A stretch of DNA of 32,000 nt from Candidatus Omnitrophota bacterium (GTDB lineage Bacteria > Omnitrophota > Gorgyraeia > 2-01-FULL-45-10): positions 90,001 to 122,000 of the forward strand of contig JAMWCX010000001.1 in NCBI GenBank assembly GCA_023818895.1, written 5' to 3'. The first letter of the stretch is position 1, and the number at the start of each line of letters is the position of its first letter. This document shows positions 22,083 through 32,000 of the stretch, piece by piece. A program made the translations under genes and the position numbers. The notes beneath the pieces were generated by a model. It had not been told where the DNA came from. It ran no database searches and was given only the letters and a program-made list of their open reading frames with translations.

Positions 22083-24982
22083 TACATGTCCTTAAACGGT
22101 TTTTGCCAAGCAGATTTAAGTTTCTCTATGGTAGTATGTACTATATCTTTTCCGTCAAATCCCCGTATCCTGAATCTCTTATCTTTCGTTACCTGTCCCA
22201 GCTTCCATACAGGTATTGTTCCCATAGCCTTTTCGAAAGATTTGGCGTCAGATGTTTCGACTACAAAACGTGTATTCGACTCTGAAAAAAGCATCTCATA
22301 TGGTCTCAAGGGGTACTGCCCTTTAGGCATCTGTCTCATGTTTAATGCGATATCCATGCCGAGGCCGCCGGCAAATGCCATTTCCGACAGGCTTACGGCA
22401 AGGCCGCCTTCAGAGCAGTCATGGCAGGAAGATACCAGGCCTTTTCGCATCGCGCGAGTGAGTCTTATCATTAGCTTTTTGCCATAGGTCGGATCGACCT
22501 TTGGAACATTGTTTCCGGTAAAGCCTCGTATCTTATAATATTGTGAACCGCCAAGCTCGTTACGGGTCAGTCCGACCAGATATACAAAGTTTCCGGCTCT
22601 CTTTGCGTCCATCGAAATAGATTTTGTTATATCATCAATGACCGCTATAGCGGATATGAGAAGAGTCGGGGGAATTGATATAGTCTTTTTGCCGGTCGAA
22701 TATTCATTATTCAGACTATCCTTGCCTGATATAAAAGGTACGCCATATGCCAACGCTATATCATAGCAGCCGTATGATGAACGGACCAGCTCGCCGAGTC
22801 GGTCAGGTTTATTGGTATTCCCCCAGCAGAAGTTATCGAGTATAGCGCATTTCGTTATATCGCCGCCGACTGAGACGATCTGCCTGAGCGCCTCATCTAT
22901 GGCGCTGGCAGCCATCCAATACGGATCTATCTTTCCATAATCGGGATTTATGCCACAACCCAGAATGATGCCTTTTTTTGAGCCCAGCACAGGTTGCGTG
23001 ACGCAGGCATCGCCAGGCCCATGATTAGGCCCCTGCAGCGGCTTAAGGATGCTTCCGCCCTGGACCTCATGGTCATACTGGTGGATTATCCATTCCTTGC
23101 TTGCTATATTTGGGCTGGACATGAGCTTTAGCAGATCCTCTGTGAGGTCCCTGTTTTTTGGAGGAGGAGGTTCTTTAAAACGCGGCTTATTCCACACAGC
23201 CTTTCTCTTTATGATGGGGACTCCGTTATGGAGAAACTTCATGTCCATATCGCAGACGCAATTACCATTGTAAAAAAGCTTAAGTCGTTTTGTGCCCGTA
23301 AATTTTCCAATAACGGTGGCTTCTACATTCTCCGCTTCAAAGATCGCCTTTAGCTTATCGATATTCCTGGGGTCGACCGCCAATACCATGCGCTCCTGGG
23401 CCTCTGATATCCATATTTCCGTGTAGCTTAACCCTGTATATTTTAGCGGCACTTTTTCGAGATGTATTTCGACCCCTAAGGTCTCTCCCATCTCCCCTAC
23501 CGCGCTGGAAAGGCCGCCGGCGCCGCAGTCCGTTATCGCGGTGTAGAGGCCCAAGTCTCTTGCCTTAAGTATAGTGTCGACGAGTTTCTTTTCCTGGATG
23601 GGATTTCCTATCTGGACTGCGGAACCCGAAACGCTTTCAGATTCGTGGGTTAGCTCGCCAGATGAGAATGTTGCCCCATGGATGCCGTCGCGTCCCGTTC
23701 TGCCGCCGATCAGGACGACGAGGTCGCCTTTGCGTGCCGCCTTTTCGCATTTATCCTTGGGCATTATGCCGACATTACCGCAGAATACCAGCGGATTTCC
23801 AACAAAACGTTCATCGAACAGCACGGCTCCGTTGGATGTCGGTATGCCCATCCTGTTTCCGTAATCACGAACACCCGCTACGACACCCTTCATTATTCGC
23901 TTGGGGTGCAACGTCCCCTTCGGCAGCTTAGTGTAAGGGTAATCTGACGGCCCAAAGCAAAAAACATCGGTATTTATTATAGGCTTGGCGCCGAGACCTG
24001 TGCCGAGAGGATCGCGTATCACGCCGCCTATGCCTGTGCCAGCGCCGCCGTAAGGTTCCAGGGCTGACGGATGGTTGTGTGTCTCAACCTTGAAGCAGAT
24101 ATTGTGTTTTTCATCGAACCGGATTATTCCCGAGTTATCCTTGAACACCGAAACGCACCAAGGCTTGTTTAGTTTATCGGTTACTTTCATCACGGTCTGT
24201 CTTAAAAGATTGTCTATAATTATTGTTTTGCGTTTCGGGCTTTTAGCTTTATGTTCTCCGAGCTCTCCTGTGTACTCTATGAGGCCGCGAAAGGTTTTGT
24301 GCTTGCAGTGCTCGGACCACGTCTGTGCCAGCGTTTCGAGTTCGCAGTCAGTGGGGTTTCTGCCTATCGCTTTGAAATGTCTTTTGATAGCCTTCATCTC
24401 ATCAAGGCTTAGAAATAGCTGACCCTCCTTCGATATCTTATTAAGCTTCTCGTCGGAAGAGCTGAGGATGTCCACATGTCGAAGTTCGAATTTGTATGGG
24501 GGTGGCTCAGGCGCGATAGCGGCCGCGCCCTTTACAATATGTTGGATCACTTTGTTATAGAGCACCTTTTCAGCGATAGCATGTATTTCCGAGTAAGAGA
24601 GATCGCCTCTTATTAGGTATTTTCTGGCCGTCTTGAAGCTGCGAACGCCTTTTATGCCTAGATCGGCTATTGCCTTCTTCGCGCTTTCTTCGACAGGGTC
24701 CATAACGCCGGGATTGTACGCTACCTCGACGACTTTATATTTGCTTTCGTTCAGGATTTTTCCGCGGAAGCTATAATCCTGAGTTACCGGGTCTATCAGT
24801 AGGTTTTCGCATATGCTTGTGATGGCATCTACGCTGATATCCCCCTCTAGAAGATATACTTGAACGGTTTTGACCTCCTTGACCTTGCCCTGAAGCCCCA
24901 AATCGTGGATATCGTGTTTAACGCTGGCCCCAATAGCGTCGTAGAAACCCTTCTTTTCTGCTACTTCAACTCTCCAGATCAT
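22082..24982 (-). CDS. purL: Phosphoribosylformylglycinamidine synthase subunit PurL with two N-terminal PurS-like domains (PurS-PurS-PurL fusion)
   Basis: 966 aa. Residues ~1-80 and ~83-150 each follow the PurS pattern (V.V..K.G..D..G......L..LG...V........L.G.......C..L..N.V...). The linker LETLAQTWSEHCKHKTF follows, then AIR-synthase-like duplicated domains (ETHNHPSALEPYGGAGTGIGG). Confidence 0.85.
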   Translation of the reverse strand: MIWRVEVAEKKGFYDAIGASVKHDIHDLGLQGKVKEVKTVQVYLLEGDISVDAITSICENLLIDPVTQDYSFRGKILNESKYKVVEVAYNPGVMDPVEESAKKAIADLGIKGVRSFKTARKYLIRGDLSYSEIHAIAEKVLYNKVIQHIVKGAAAIAPEPPPYKFELRHVDILSSSDEKLNKISKEGQLFLSLDEMKAIKRHFKAIGRNPTDCELETLAQTWSEHCKHKTFRGLIEYTGELGEHKAKSPKRKTIIIDNLLRQTVMKVTDKLNKPWCVSVFKDNSGIIRFDEKHNICFKVETHNHPSALEPYGGAGTGIGGVIRDPLGTGLGAKPIINTDVFCFGPSDYPYTKLPKGTLHPKRIMKGVVAGVRDYGNRMGIPTSNGAVLFDERFVGNPLVFCGNVGIMPKDKCEKAARKGDLVVLIGGRTGRDGIHGATFSSGELTHESESVSGSAVQIGNPIQEKKLVDTILKARDLGLYTAITDCGAGGLSSAVGEMGETLGVEIHLEKVPLKYTGLSYTEIWISEAQERMVLAVDPRNIDKLKAIFEAENVEATVIGKFTGTKRLKLFYNGNCVCDMDMKFLHNGVPIIKRKAVWNKPRFKEPPPPKNRDLTEDLLKLMSSPNIASKEWIIHQYDHEVQGGSILKPLQGPNHGPGDACVTQPVLGSKKGIILGCGINPDYGKIDPYWMAASAIDEALRQIVSVGGDITKCAILDNFCWGNTNKPDRLGELVRSSYGCYDIALAYGVPFISGKDSLNNEYSTGKKTISIPPTLLISAIAVIDDITKSISMDAKRAGNFVYLVGLTRNELGGSQYYKIRGFTGNNVPKVDPTYGKKLMIRLTRAMRKGLVSSCHDCSEGGLAVSLSEMAFAGGLGMDIALNMRQMPKGQYPLRPYEMLFSESNTRFVVETSDAKSFEKAMGTIPVWKLGQVTKDKRFRIRGFDGKDIVHTTIEKLKSAWQKPFKDM

Positions 24983-26527
24983 CTATTCCCATTCTATTGT
25001 CGAAGGAGGTTTGGAACTTATGTCGTAAGCGACTCTGTTGACTCCTCGCACTTCGTTTATTATTCGGTTAGATATCTTCCCCAGCACGTTATATGGTATT
25101 TTCGCCCAGTCAGCGGTCATGCCATCTACAGATGTAACAGCTCGTATCGCTACCACGTTTTCATAGGTACGCTCGTCCCCCATCACCCCCACCGATTTTA
25201 TGGGAAGCAAGACGGCGAAGGCCTGCCAGATTTTGTCGTAGAGCCTCTCCTTCTTTAATATCGATATAAAGCGATCGTCCACTTCGCGCAGGATATCGCA
25301 GCGCTGTCTGGTAACATCTCCTATTATGCGGACCGCCAGGCCGGGTCCTGGGAAAGGGTGGCGACCGAGAATTTCTTTGGGTATCTGGAGCTCCCTGCCG
25401 ACACATCTTACCTCATCCTTGAAAAGATACTTAAGCGGCTCTATCAGCTTGAGATTCATTCTCTTTGGAAGCCCACCGACGTTATGATGCGTTTTTATAG
25501 TAGCGCTGGGCCCACCAAAAGCCGAACGAGACTCGATGAGATCCGGATAAAGAGTGCCTTGTGCGAGAAATCGGACATTACCGAGTTTTTTGGCTTCTTG
25601 CTCGAACACCTTTATAAAGGTCCGGCCTATCACCTTGCGTTTCTTCTCGGGGTCGGTGATGCCCTTCAGGGCTTTTAGGAATTTGTCAGAAGCATCTACG
25701 CAATGCAGGTTTATTTTGAAGTGTTTCTGGAATATCTCCCGCACGAGCCGCGCCTCGTTTTTCCGCAAAAGCCCGTTATCGACGAATATGCAAGCGAGCC
25801 TGCGACCGATCGCTTTGTGAATAAGCACCGCTGCTACGGATGAATCGACGCCTCCGGAAAGACCGAGTATCACCTTGTCGCTTCGCCCCACTCTTTTTCT
25901 TATGTCGCGCACAGTCTCTTGGATGAAGGATCGCATTGACCAGTCTCCCCTGCAACGGCAGATTTCTTTTACGAAATTTCTTAGTATAATCTTTCCGCAG
26001 ATTGTATGGGCCACTTCGGGGTGGAATTGCACGCCGTATAATTTACGGTTGAAATCGGCGAATGCTGCTATAGGTGTATTGCCCGAACGTCCTATGCGCA
26101 CAAAGCCTTTTGGCATTCGTTTTACTTTGTCGCCGTGGCTCATCCATGAGATGGTCGTCTTGGGGACATCCTTGAAAAGAAGCCCGCGGTTTGTGACTGT
26201 AAAAGGTGCCCTGCCATATTCACGGTGACGGGCCTTTTCTACCTTTCCGCCAAGCATTTTAGCCATAAGCTGCATGCCATAGCATATCCCCAGCACCGGT
26301 ATACCCATTGATAGTATCCTTGCATCGCAGTGCGGCGCCTTCGGGGCGTAGACGCTGGCCGGCCCGCCTGAAAATATGATACCCTTTATTTCAGACGGTT
26401 TTATTGTATCCGCGGAAATGTTCGGCGGTACTATCTCGCAAAACACATTAAGTTCCCTTATCTTACGGGCTATAAGCTGGTTATATTGTGAGCCGAAATC
26501 TATTATGAGTATCTTCTCTCTCGACAT
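24983..26527 (-). CDS. guaA: GMP synthase (glutamine-hydrolysing)
   Basis: [27 protein letters not shown], the SGGVDSSV P-loop and a C-terminal ...PPSTIEWE. The start is set at 26527, 1 nt after the purF stop. Its stop abuts the purL ATG (TAGATG). Confidence 0.9.
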   Translation of the reverse strand: MSREKILIIDFGSQYNQLIARKIRELNVFCEIVPPNISADTIKPSEIKGIIFSGGPASVYAPKAPHCDARILSMGIPVLGICYGMQLMAKMLGGKVEKARHREYGRAPFTVTNRGLLFKDVPKTTISWMSHGDKVKRMPKGFVRIGRSGNTPIAAFADFNRKLYGVQFHPEVAHTICGKIILRNFVKEICRCRGDWSMRSFIQETVRDIRKRVGRSDKVILGLSGGVDSSVAAVLIHKAIGRRLACIFVDNGLLRKNEARLVREIFQKHFKINLHCVDASDKFLKALKGITDPEKKRKVIGRTFIKVFEQEAKKLGNVRFLAQGTLYPDLIESRSAFGGPSATIKTHHNVGGLPKRMNLKLIEPLKYLFKDEVRCVGRELQIPKEILGRHPFPGPGLAVRIIGDVTRQRCDILREVDDRFISILKKERLYDKIWQAFAVLLPIKSVGVMGDERTYENVVAIRAVTSVDGMTADWAKIPYNVLGKISNRIINEVRGVNRVAYDISSKPPSTIEWE

Positions 26528-26528
26528 A

Positions 26529-27935
26529 TCATGCCTTTTTAGCGGCTGGTATACGATTTTTCTCAAGAGACTTTTTTGACGGAGGCTTGTTTATCCTAGT
26601 GGGGTAATTGCCTGTGAAGCAAGCGGTGCAGAATTCATCTCGAGACAGCAACATCGAGTTGAGCATTCCGTCTAGACTCAGGTAAGCCAGGCTATCGACG
26701 CCTATGAATTTTCGTATATCTTCTATTGTGTGATTTGCCGCGATTAGTTCCTTGCGCGTCGGAAAATCTATGCCGTAAAAACAAGGCCACATAAGCGGCG
26801 GACAGCTTACGCGCATGTGGATCTCCGCAGCGCCCGCTGCTCTCAGAGCTCTTACTCTGCCCCTTGACGTAGTTCCTCTTACGATAGAATCCTCAACTAT
26901 CACTATGCGCTTTCCTTTCAGGACATCCCGAACAGGGTTTAATTTTACTTTTACCTTAAAATCTCTTATTAGCTGGCTCGGTTGTATGAATGTCCTTCCG
27001 ATGTAGTGGTTTCTGACGAATGCCATTTCAAGAGGTAGTTTAGATTCTTCAGCATATCCCATCGCGGCGTAGGTGCCCGAATCAGGTATCGGCATGACAA
27101 AATCCGCCTGCGCTGGGTGTTCCTTTGCGAGTGTTCTGCCGAGGTTCTTGCGCGTCAAATATACGCTTTGGGTGTAGATATTAGAATCGGGGCGCGAGAA
27201 ATATATATACTCGAATATGCAGAAGGCATGTTTTCTATTTTGGGGCTGTTTCATAGAGCGTAGGCCCTGCCTGTCGATTATCACGACCTCGCCGGGCTCG
27301 ATATCGCGTATGTACGTAGCCTGTATCATATCTAGGGCGCATGTTTCGCTGGCGACGATATATCCGCCGTCAATCTTCCCTATACATAAGGGGCGGAAGC
27401 CGTACGGGTCACGCAGGGCGTATATGGCGTCATTTATCATCAGAACGAATGAATACGCTCCTTCAAGCCGGCTTGCTATGGAAAGTATCTTTCCAGAGTA
27501 GTTGTTCTGGTGATCCTTGACCAGATAGTGAAGGATGAGTTCTGAGTCCATTGTTGTCTGTAGGATCGAGCCGGCATCCTCGAGCTCATTTCTGAGGTCC
27601 ACAGAGTTTGTGAGGTTGCCATTATGGGCGACTGCTATAAAGCCCTTCTTGTGGTTTATCAGGAGTGGCTGGACATTTTTGGCGATGCTCGAGCCCGTGG
27701 TTGAATACCGCACATGGCCTATGGCCGTATGGCCTTTGAGTTTCTTGAGGTTGGTCTCGGTAAAGACTTCACCTACATGGCCCATTCCCTTTTGCTGGCT
27801 TACCTTTTTACCGTCGAAACTTACAATGCCGGCTGATTCTTCTCCGCGGTGCTGGAGGGCATACAACGCCAGATAAGTAAGCTGAGCCGCGTTTTTGTTG
27901 CCATAGATACCTACTACTCCGCAGTAATCTCTCAT
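26529..27935 (-). CDS. purF: Amidophosphoribosyltransferase (PurF), [4Fe-4S]-type with a short propeptide
   Basis: MRDY|CGVVGIYG is the Ntn nucleophile Cys following a 4-residue propeptide. The PRTase motif [13 protein letters not shown] is present, along with Cys ligands as in the B. subtilis-type enzyme (SCPP..PCFYGID and [10 protein letters not shown]). Confidence 0.9.
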   Translation of the reverse strand: MRDYCGVVGIYGNKNAAQLTYLALYALQHRGEESAGIVSFDGKKVSQQKGMGHVGEVFTETNLKKLKGHTAIGHVRYSTTGSSIAKNVQPLLINHKKGFIAVAHNGNLTNSVDLRNELEDAGSILQTTMDSELILHYLVKDHQNNYSGKILSIASRLEGAYSFVLMINDAIYALRDPYGFRPLCIGKIDGGYIVASETCALDMIQATYIRDIEPGEVVIIDRQGLRSMKQPQNRKHAFCIFEYIYFSRPDSNIYTQSVYLTRKNLGRTLAKEHPAQADFVMPIPDSGTYAAMGYAEESKLPLEMAFVRNHYIGRTFIQPSQLIRDFKVKVKLNPVRDVLKGKRIVIVEDSIVRGTTSRGRVRALRAAGAAEIHMRVSCPPLMWPCFYGIDFPTRKELIAANHTIEDIRKFIGVDSLAYLSLDGMLNSMLLSRDEFCTACFTGNYPTRINKPPSKKSLEKNRIPAAKKA

Positions 27936-27941
27936 GACCTT

Positions 27942-30900
27942 CTACTTTTTTAACTTATGGTACTCTTGCAGACTCTTTACCGATGTCTTCGGTTTCTTGA
28001 TAAGGTTTTCTATGCCGTTTACAGAGGCCTGAGCGCCGGACAGAGTGGTGATAAGGGGGACGTTGTAGAGTATGGCGTGAGAGCGTATCTTAATCTCGTC
28101 CTCCTTTGTCGTTTTCCCAGCCGGTGTGTTTATTATAAGGTTTACCTTGTTGTCCTTGATCAGGTCTAGTATATTGGGTCTACCCTCGTGTAGTTTTGGC
28201 AGGACCTGTACGTCTATATCGTTGGATTTAAGCGCGTCTGCTGTGCCGGAAGTGGCCATTATTTTGAATCCCAGGTCGGCTAGCTTCTTGGCCACGAAAA
28301 CTATGTTGCGTTTGTCCTGGTTCTTGACGCTTATGAAGACGTTGCCCTTTGTCGGAAGTTTCTGCCCGGCCGCTATCTGGCTTTTAGCGTATGCCATGCC
28401 GAAGGTCGAATCTATCCCCATGACCTCGCCGGTTGATTTCATCTCGGGACCGAGGATTGCGTCTACTCCCGGAAACCGAATAAACGGGAATACCGATTCT
28501 TTTACGGTGACGTAAGAAGGAACCTTTTCCTTTGTGAAGCCAAGTTCTTTCAATGTCTTGCCAAGCATTATTTTAGTTGCGAGCTTGGCGAGCGGCACAC
28601 CTATTGTTTTGGAGACGAACGGCACTGTCCTCGAAGCCCGGGGGTTGACCTCCAGTACATAGACGACGTTGTTTTTGACGGCGTACTGGACGTTCATGAG
28701 CCCCTTTACCTTGAGTTCCATTGCCATCGCATAGGTGTTTTTCTTGATCGTTTCGATGATGTCCTTGCCCAGAGTATGCGGGGGAAGGACCATGGCGCTA
28801 TCGCCGGAGTGTATGCCAGCTTCTTCTATATGTTCAAGTATGCCTCCTATGACGCACGTTTGGCCGTCCGCGATAGCGTCGACATCCACTTCTATGGCGT
28901 CCTCCAGGAACTTATCGATAAGTATCGGTCTTTCCGGAGACGCTTCCACCGCCTTCTCCATATAATCGGCCAGGCTCTTTTCGTCATAGACTATCTCCAT
29001 CGCTCTTCCGCCTAAGACAAACGAAGGCCGTACTACTACAGGATAGCCTATCTTCTTTGCCACTTCCTTTGCCTCCTCGAACGATGTGGCAGTGCCGTTA
29101 TCGGGCTGGACGAGCTTAAGCTTCTTGAGCATTTGCTGGAAGAGTTTCCTGTCCTCGGCTATATCGATCGACTCAGGGCTTGTACCGAGGATATTGAGTC
29201 CCAGCTTATGTAGGGTGCCAGATATATTAAGAGGGGTCTGGCCGCCGAATTGTACGATAGCGCCGATAGGTTTTTCGATATCGACTATGTTCATCACATC
29301 CTCTACGGTGAGCGGCTCGAAATATAGCTTATCGGAGGTGTCGTAATCGGTAGAGACAGTCTCGGGGTTGCAGTTTACCATTATCGATTCGTATCCTTCT
29401 TCACGGAGCGCGTAAGAGGCGTGACAGCAGCAGTAGTCAAACTCTATACCCTGCCCTATCCTGTTGGGACCTCCGCCGAGTATCATCACTTTCTTCTTGT
29501 TCGAGGATGGTTCGCTCTCGCACTTGGTTTCGTAGGTGGAGTAATAGTAAGGCCGTTCGGCCTTGAATTCGCCGCCGCAGGTATCCACCAACTTGTAGGC
29601 GGCCTTGATGTTCTTATTTTTTCTTTCTTCTCTCACATCATTCTCCGTTGAGGTAACAAGGAAGGCGATCTGGGCGTCCGAAAATCCATATCTTTTTGCT
29701 TTTAAAAGCAGATTTTGCGGAATCCTGATACCGTCCTTCTGGTTTTCGTTCCTGTATTTTTTAAGCTCTTCCTCGGTTTCCACTATATTCCGTATATTGT
29801 CGATGAACCACCTATCGATCTTGCAAAGCTCATATATCTCTTCATTGGTCATACCGAGCTTTATCGCATACCGTATGTAGAAGAGGCGCTCATCGTTTGG
29901 AACGCGTATCTTCTCCTTTATCTCGTTTATAAGGTCAGCTGATGGATTTTTTAGCATGGAGTCGGTTATCTTATCGCGGCCGTCTGAACCGAGGCCGAAG
30001 CGCCTGGTCTCCGTTGAGCGTATACCCTTCTGAAGGGCTTCCATGAAGTTTCTGCCGATAGACATCGCCTCTCCCACCGCCTTCATAGAGGTATTAAGAA
30101 CGCGTGGGGTGCCCGGAAACTTCTCAAAGGCGAAGCGGCATATCTTGAATACGCAGTAATCTACCGTTGGCTCGAAAAATGCCGTTGTCCTGCCGGTCAC
30201 CTGGTTCAGTACCTCAGGCAATGTTAGGCCCACGGCAAGCTTCGTGGCAACACGGGCTATCGGGAAGCCGGTTGCCTTTGAAGCGAGGGCAGAACTTCTG
30301 GAGAGGCGTGGGTTAACCTCGATTATGACTATGTGGCCATTGGCGGGGTTCTGGGCGAACTGGATATTGGCCCCTCCTCCGGTAACGCCGATCTTGCGTA
30401 TTATCTTTTTTGATAGGTTGACGAATCTTGCGTATTCTTCAGCTGTCAGCGTCTGGGAGGGGGCGACTACTATTGAGTCGCCGGTATGTATGCCCATTGG
30501 ATCCACGTTTTCCATAGAGGTTATCATGATTACGTTGTCAACGCAGTCCCTCATCACCTCGAACTCTATCTCCTTCCAGCCGAGCACGGACTGCTCGACC
30601 AATATCTGGTGAACCGGGCTTATTTCGAGGCCTTTCGCCAGGAATGCCTCGAGCTCCTCCTTATTATAAGCTATGGAACCGCCGGAACCGCCGAGAGTGT
30701 AGGCGGGTCGCAGAATCAGCGGAAAACCTATAGAAAGGCCTATCTTCATTCCTTCTTCGACCGAACGCGCTATTCCGCTCTTCGGGACGTCTATACCTAT
30801 CTCGAGCATTGCCTTCTTGAAAAGCTCCCTGTCTTCGGCACGGGAAATTGCCTGGACGTTAGCGCCAATTGATTCGACGCCGTATTTTTTAAGGATACCC

Positions 30901-31214
30901 TCTTTCATGAGGAAATACGCCAGGTTTAATCCCGTTTGACCGCCGAGAGTAGGTAGTATCGCGTCCGGTCTCTCTTTTTTTATTATCTCGGTGACAGCTT
31001 CAACGGTGAGCGGCTCTATGTAGGTTGCGTCCGCCATATTAGGATCTGTCATAATGGTTGCGGGGTTTGAGTTTACCAGTATCGTGAAGTAGCCCTCTTC
31101 CTTCAGCGCCTTGCAGGCTTGCGAGCCGGAATAATCGAATTCGCATGCCTGGCCTATTATTATCGGCCCCGATCCTATCATCAATATCCTGTGTATGTCC
31201 TTACGCTTTGGCAT
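27942..31214 (-). CDS. carB: Carbamoyl-phosphate synthase large subunit
   Basis: 1090 aa. [33 protein letters not shown] and its internal duplicate [24 protein letters not shown]. The MGS-like C-terminal domain is present. Confidence 0.95.
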   Translation of the reverse strand: MPKRKDIHRILMIGSGPIIIGQACEFDYSGSQACKALKEEGYFTILVNSNPATIMTDPNMADATYIEPLTVEAVTEIIKKERPDAILPTLGGQTGLNLAYFLMKEGILKKYGVESIGANVQAISRAEDRELFKKAMLEIGIDVPKSGIARSVEEGMKIGLSIGFPLILRPAYTLGGSGGSIAYNKEELEAFLAKGLEISPVHQILVEQSVLGWKEIEFEVMRDCVDNVIMITSMENVDPMGIHTGDSIVVAPSQTLTAEEYARFVNLSKKIIRKIGVTGGGANIQFAQNPANGHIVIIEVNPRLSRSSALASKATGFPIARVATKLAVGLTLPEVLNQVTGRTTAFFEPTVDYCVFKICRFAFEKFPGTPRVLNTSMKAVGEAMSIGRNFMEALQKGIRSTETRRFGLGSDGRDKITDSMLKNPSADLINEIKEKIRVPNDERLFYIRYAIKLGMTNEEIYELCKIDRWFIDNIRNIVETEEELKKYRNENQKDGIRIPQNLLLKAKRYGFSDAQIAFLVTSTENDVREERKNKNIKAAYKLVDTCGGEFKAERPYYYSTYETKCESEPSSNKKKVMILGGGPNRIGQGIEFDYCCCHASYALREEGYESIMVNCNPETVSTDYDTSDKLYFEPLTVEDVMNIVDIEKPIGAIVQFGGQTPLNISGTLHKLGLNILGTSPESIDIAEDRKLFQQMLKKLKLVQPDNGTATSFEEAKEVAKKIGYPVVVRPSFVLGGRAMEIVYDEKSLADYMEKAVEASPERPILIDKFLEDAIEVDVDAIADGQTCVIGGILEHIEEAGIHSGDSAMVLPPHTLGKDIIETIKKNTYAMAMELKVKGLMNVQYAVKNNVVYVLEVNPRASRTVPFVSKTIGVPLAKLATKIMLGKTLKELGFTKEKVPSYVTVKESVFPFIRFPGVDAILGPEMKSTGEVMGIDSTFGMAYAKSQIAAGQKLPTKGNVFISVKNQDKRNIVFVAKKLADLGFKIMATSGTADALKSNDIDVQVLPKLHEGRPNILDLIKDNKVNLIINTPAGKTTKEDEIKIRSHAILYNVPLITTLSGAQASVNGIENLIKKPKTSVKSLQEYHKLKK

Positions 31215-32000
31215 ATGCCACCTCGCGATATGATTTGGAATTTTTCTTGATTTTTAGAATGCCACCCCCCTTTTTAGCCATGGAGAGAAATCGCGGAAAG
31301 ACCTCATTTATCTCTTCAAAGCCAGGGCTTGCGGGGTTATATTGAACCGACATGAACTTCAAAGTTTTTGATTCCATCGCTTCGATGGTATCGTCGTTAA
31401 CGTTGCGCAGAGTTATCGCCACGCTCTTGTTATTTTTGAGAGAGTTTTCATCAATGACATAAGAATGATTCTGCGCCGTTATTTCGCCCTTGAAAGAAGC
31501 GGCCGGCCGCACCGGATAATTTACGCCATGGTGGCCTATCTTGAGTTTTCTGAGCTTGCAACCCATGGCCATGCCGATTACCTGATGGCCTGTCGCGATG
31601 CCTAACATCGGTATTTTGCCAAGAACCGTTTTAACGGTATCCGCTACTTTCGGAAGGCTTATGTCGTTTTCGGGACCGTTCGAGATTATCAGACCATCAA
31701 CTCGCATGCTCAGGATATCGGAGGCGCTTGTATCATAAGGAAGCAATGTTACATTACAATTCAAAATTTTGAGTTGATGTATAAAACTATTGAGCATTCC
31801 CAGATCCAGGACCGCTATGGTTGGCCCAGATGATCCTGTCTTAAGAGGCGTCGGATGCTTTACGGATATGGCTTTGATAAAGTCTTTGCCGTTTGTCTTC
31901 TGTTGGCTCAATTTCTTCAGCAAGGATTCTTTCTTGAGGTCCGTTGTGGATATGGCGCCGAACATCTCGCCTTTATCGCGTATAGTAATAGCGAGCGTCC
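31201..32000 (-). CDS. carA: Carbamoyl-phosphate synthase small (glutaminase) subunit, 5'-truncated by the window edge
   Basis: The frame stays open upstream of the track ATG through to base 32000 (..[14 protein letters not shown]..). The GATase domain carries ISNGPE and HHGVNYPV. It overlaps the carB start by 14 nt. The region around the expected nucleophile reads [10 protein letters not shown] rather than the usual GICLGHQ, which should be checked. Confidence 0.8.
   Translation of the reverse strand, partial: TLAITIRDKGEMFGAISTTDLKKESLLKKLSQQKTNGKDFIKAISVKHPTPLKTGSSGPTIAVLDLGMLNSFIHQLKILNCNVTLLPYDTSASDILSMRVDGLIISNGPENDISLPKVADTVKTVLGKIPMLGIATGHQVIGMAMGCKLRKLKIGHHGVNYPVRPAASFKGEITAQNHSYVIDENSLKNNKSVAITLRNVNDDTIEAMESKTLKFMSVQYNPASPGFEEINEVFPRFLSMAKKGGGILKIKKNSKSYREVAYAKA

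Noticed and set aside
1-32000. Search for CRISPR arrays, tRNA/rRNA genes, transposases, integrases, phage genes, toxin-antitoxin pairs or classical defence systems
   Set aside because: I found no regularly spaced direct repeats, no T-loop/acceptor-like tRNA structure in any intergenic gap, and no ORF with recombinase, transposase or known defence-domain signatures. The only repeats are the intragenic ones in 4388-4888.

Overview
This is a bacterial chromosomal window with 32 supportable protein-coding genes, two of them cut by the window edges. I saw no rRNA, tRNA, CRISPR array, transposase or integrase. All family assignments come from reading the translated ORFs against remembered family signatures; no database search was run. 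Left third (+ strand): the tail of an IMPase-family gene, a small membrane protein, and two paralogous secreted glycine-zipper/QY-rich proteins. Each paralog has its own near-consensus promoter and hairpin terminator, and together they bracket a translationally coupled FAD-oxidase (GlcD/D-lactate dehydrogenase-like) + LarA-like racemase pair. These are followed by a thermonuclease and a PAC2 / DUF748 / Wzx-like flippase / tiny-protein operon, then a DUF134 regulator with an untracked 46-codon lipoprotein-like ORF overlapping its end. Middle: a six-gene minus-strand unit (PiT, DUF47/PhoU-like, SYLF, site-2 protease, YbgC thioesterase, orphan HypA-like) driven by a perfect TTGACA-17-TATAAT promoter that abuts the ATG and so looks leaderless. 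It is followed by glgC (+) converging on a TIGR01212 radical-SAM gene, and by mnmG. Right half (minus strand): a tightly coupled carA-carB-purF-guaA-purL-purQ run in which every enzyme is glutamine-dependent, with PurL carrying two fused PurS-like domains. This run continues into the most unusual module in the window: a Soj/ParA-type ATPase fused to a C-terminal AMPK-beta/CBM48-like glycogen-binding domain, then a DUF457 membrane hydrolase, a LOG-family enzyme and a stand-alone receiver domain. Between that module and mnmG lies a structured ~150-nt region with its own + strand promoter, a leaderless 18-codon micro-ORF and two hairpin + T-run elements, which is a candidate sRNA. The best candidates for something undescribed are the ParA-CBM48 module, the glycine-zipper/QY paralog family, and this candidate sRNA.
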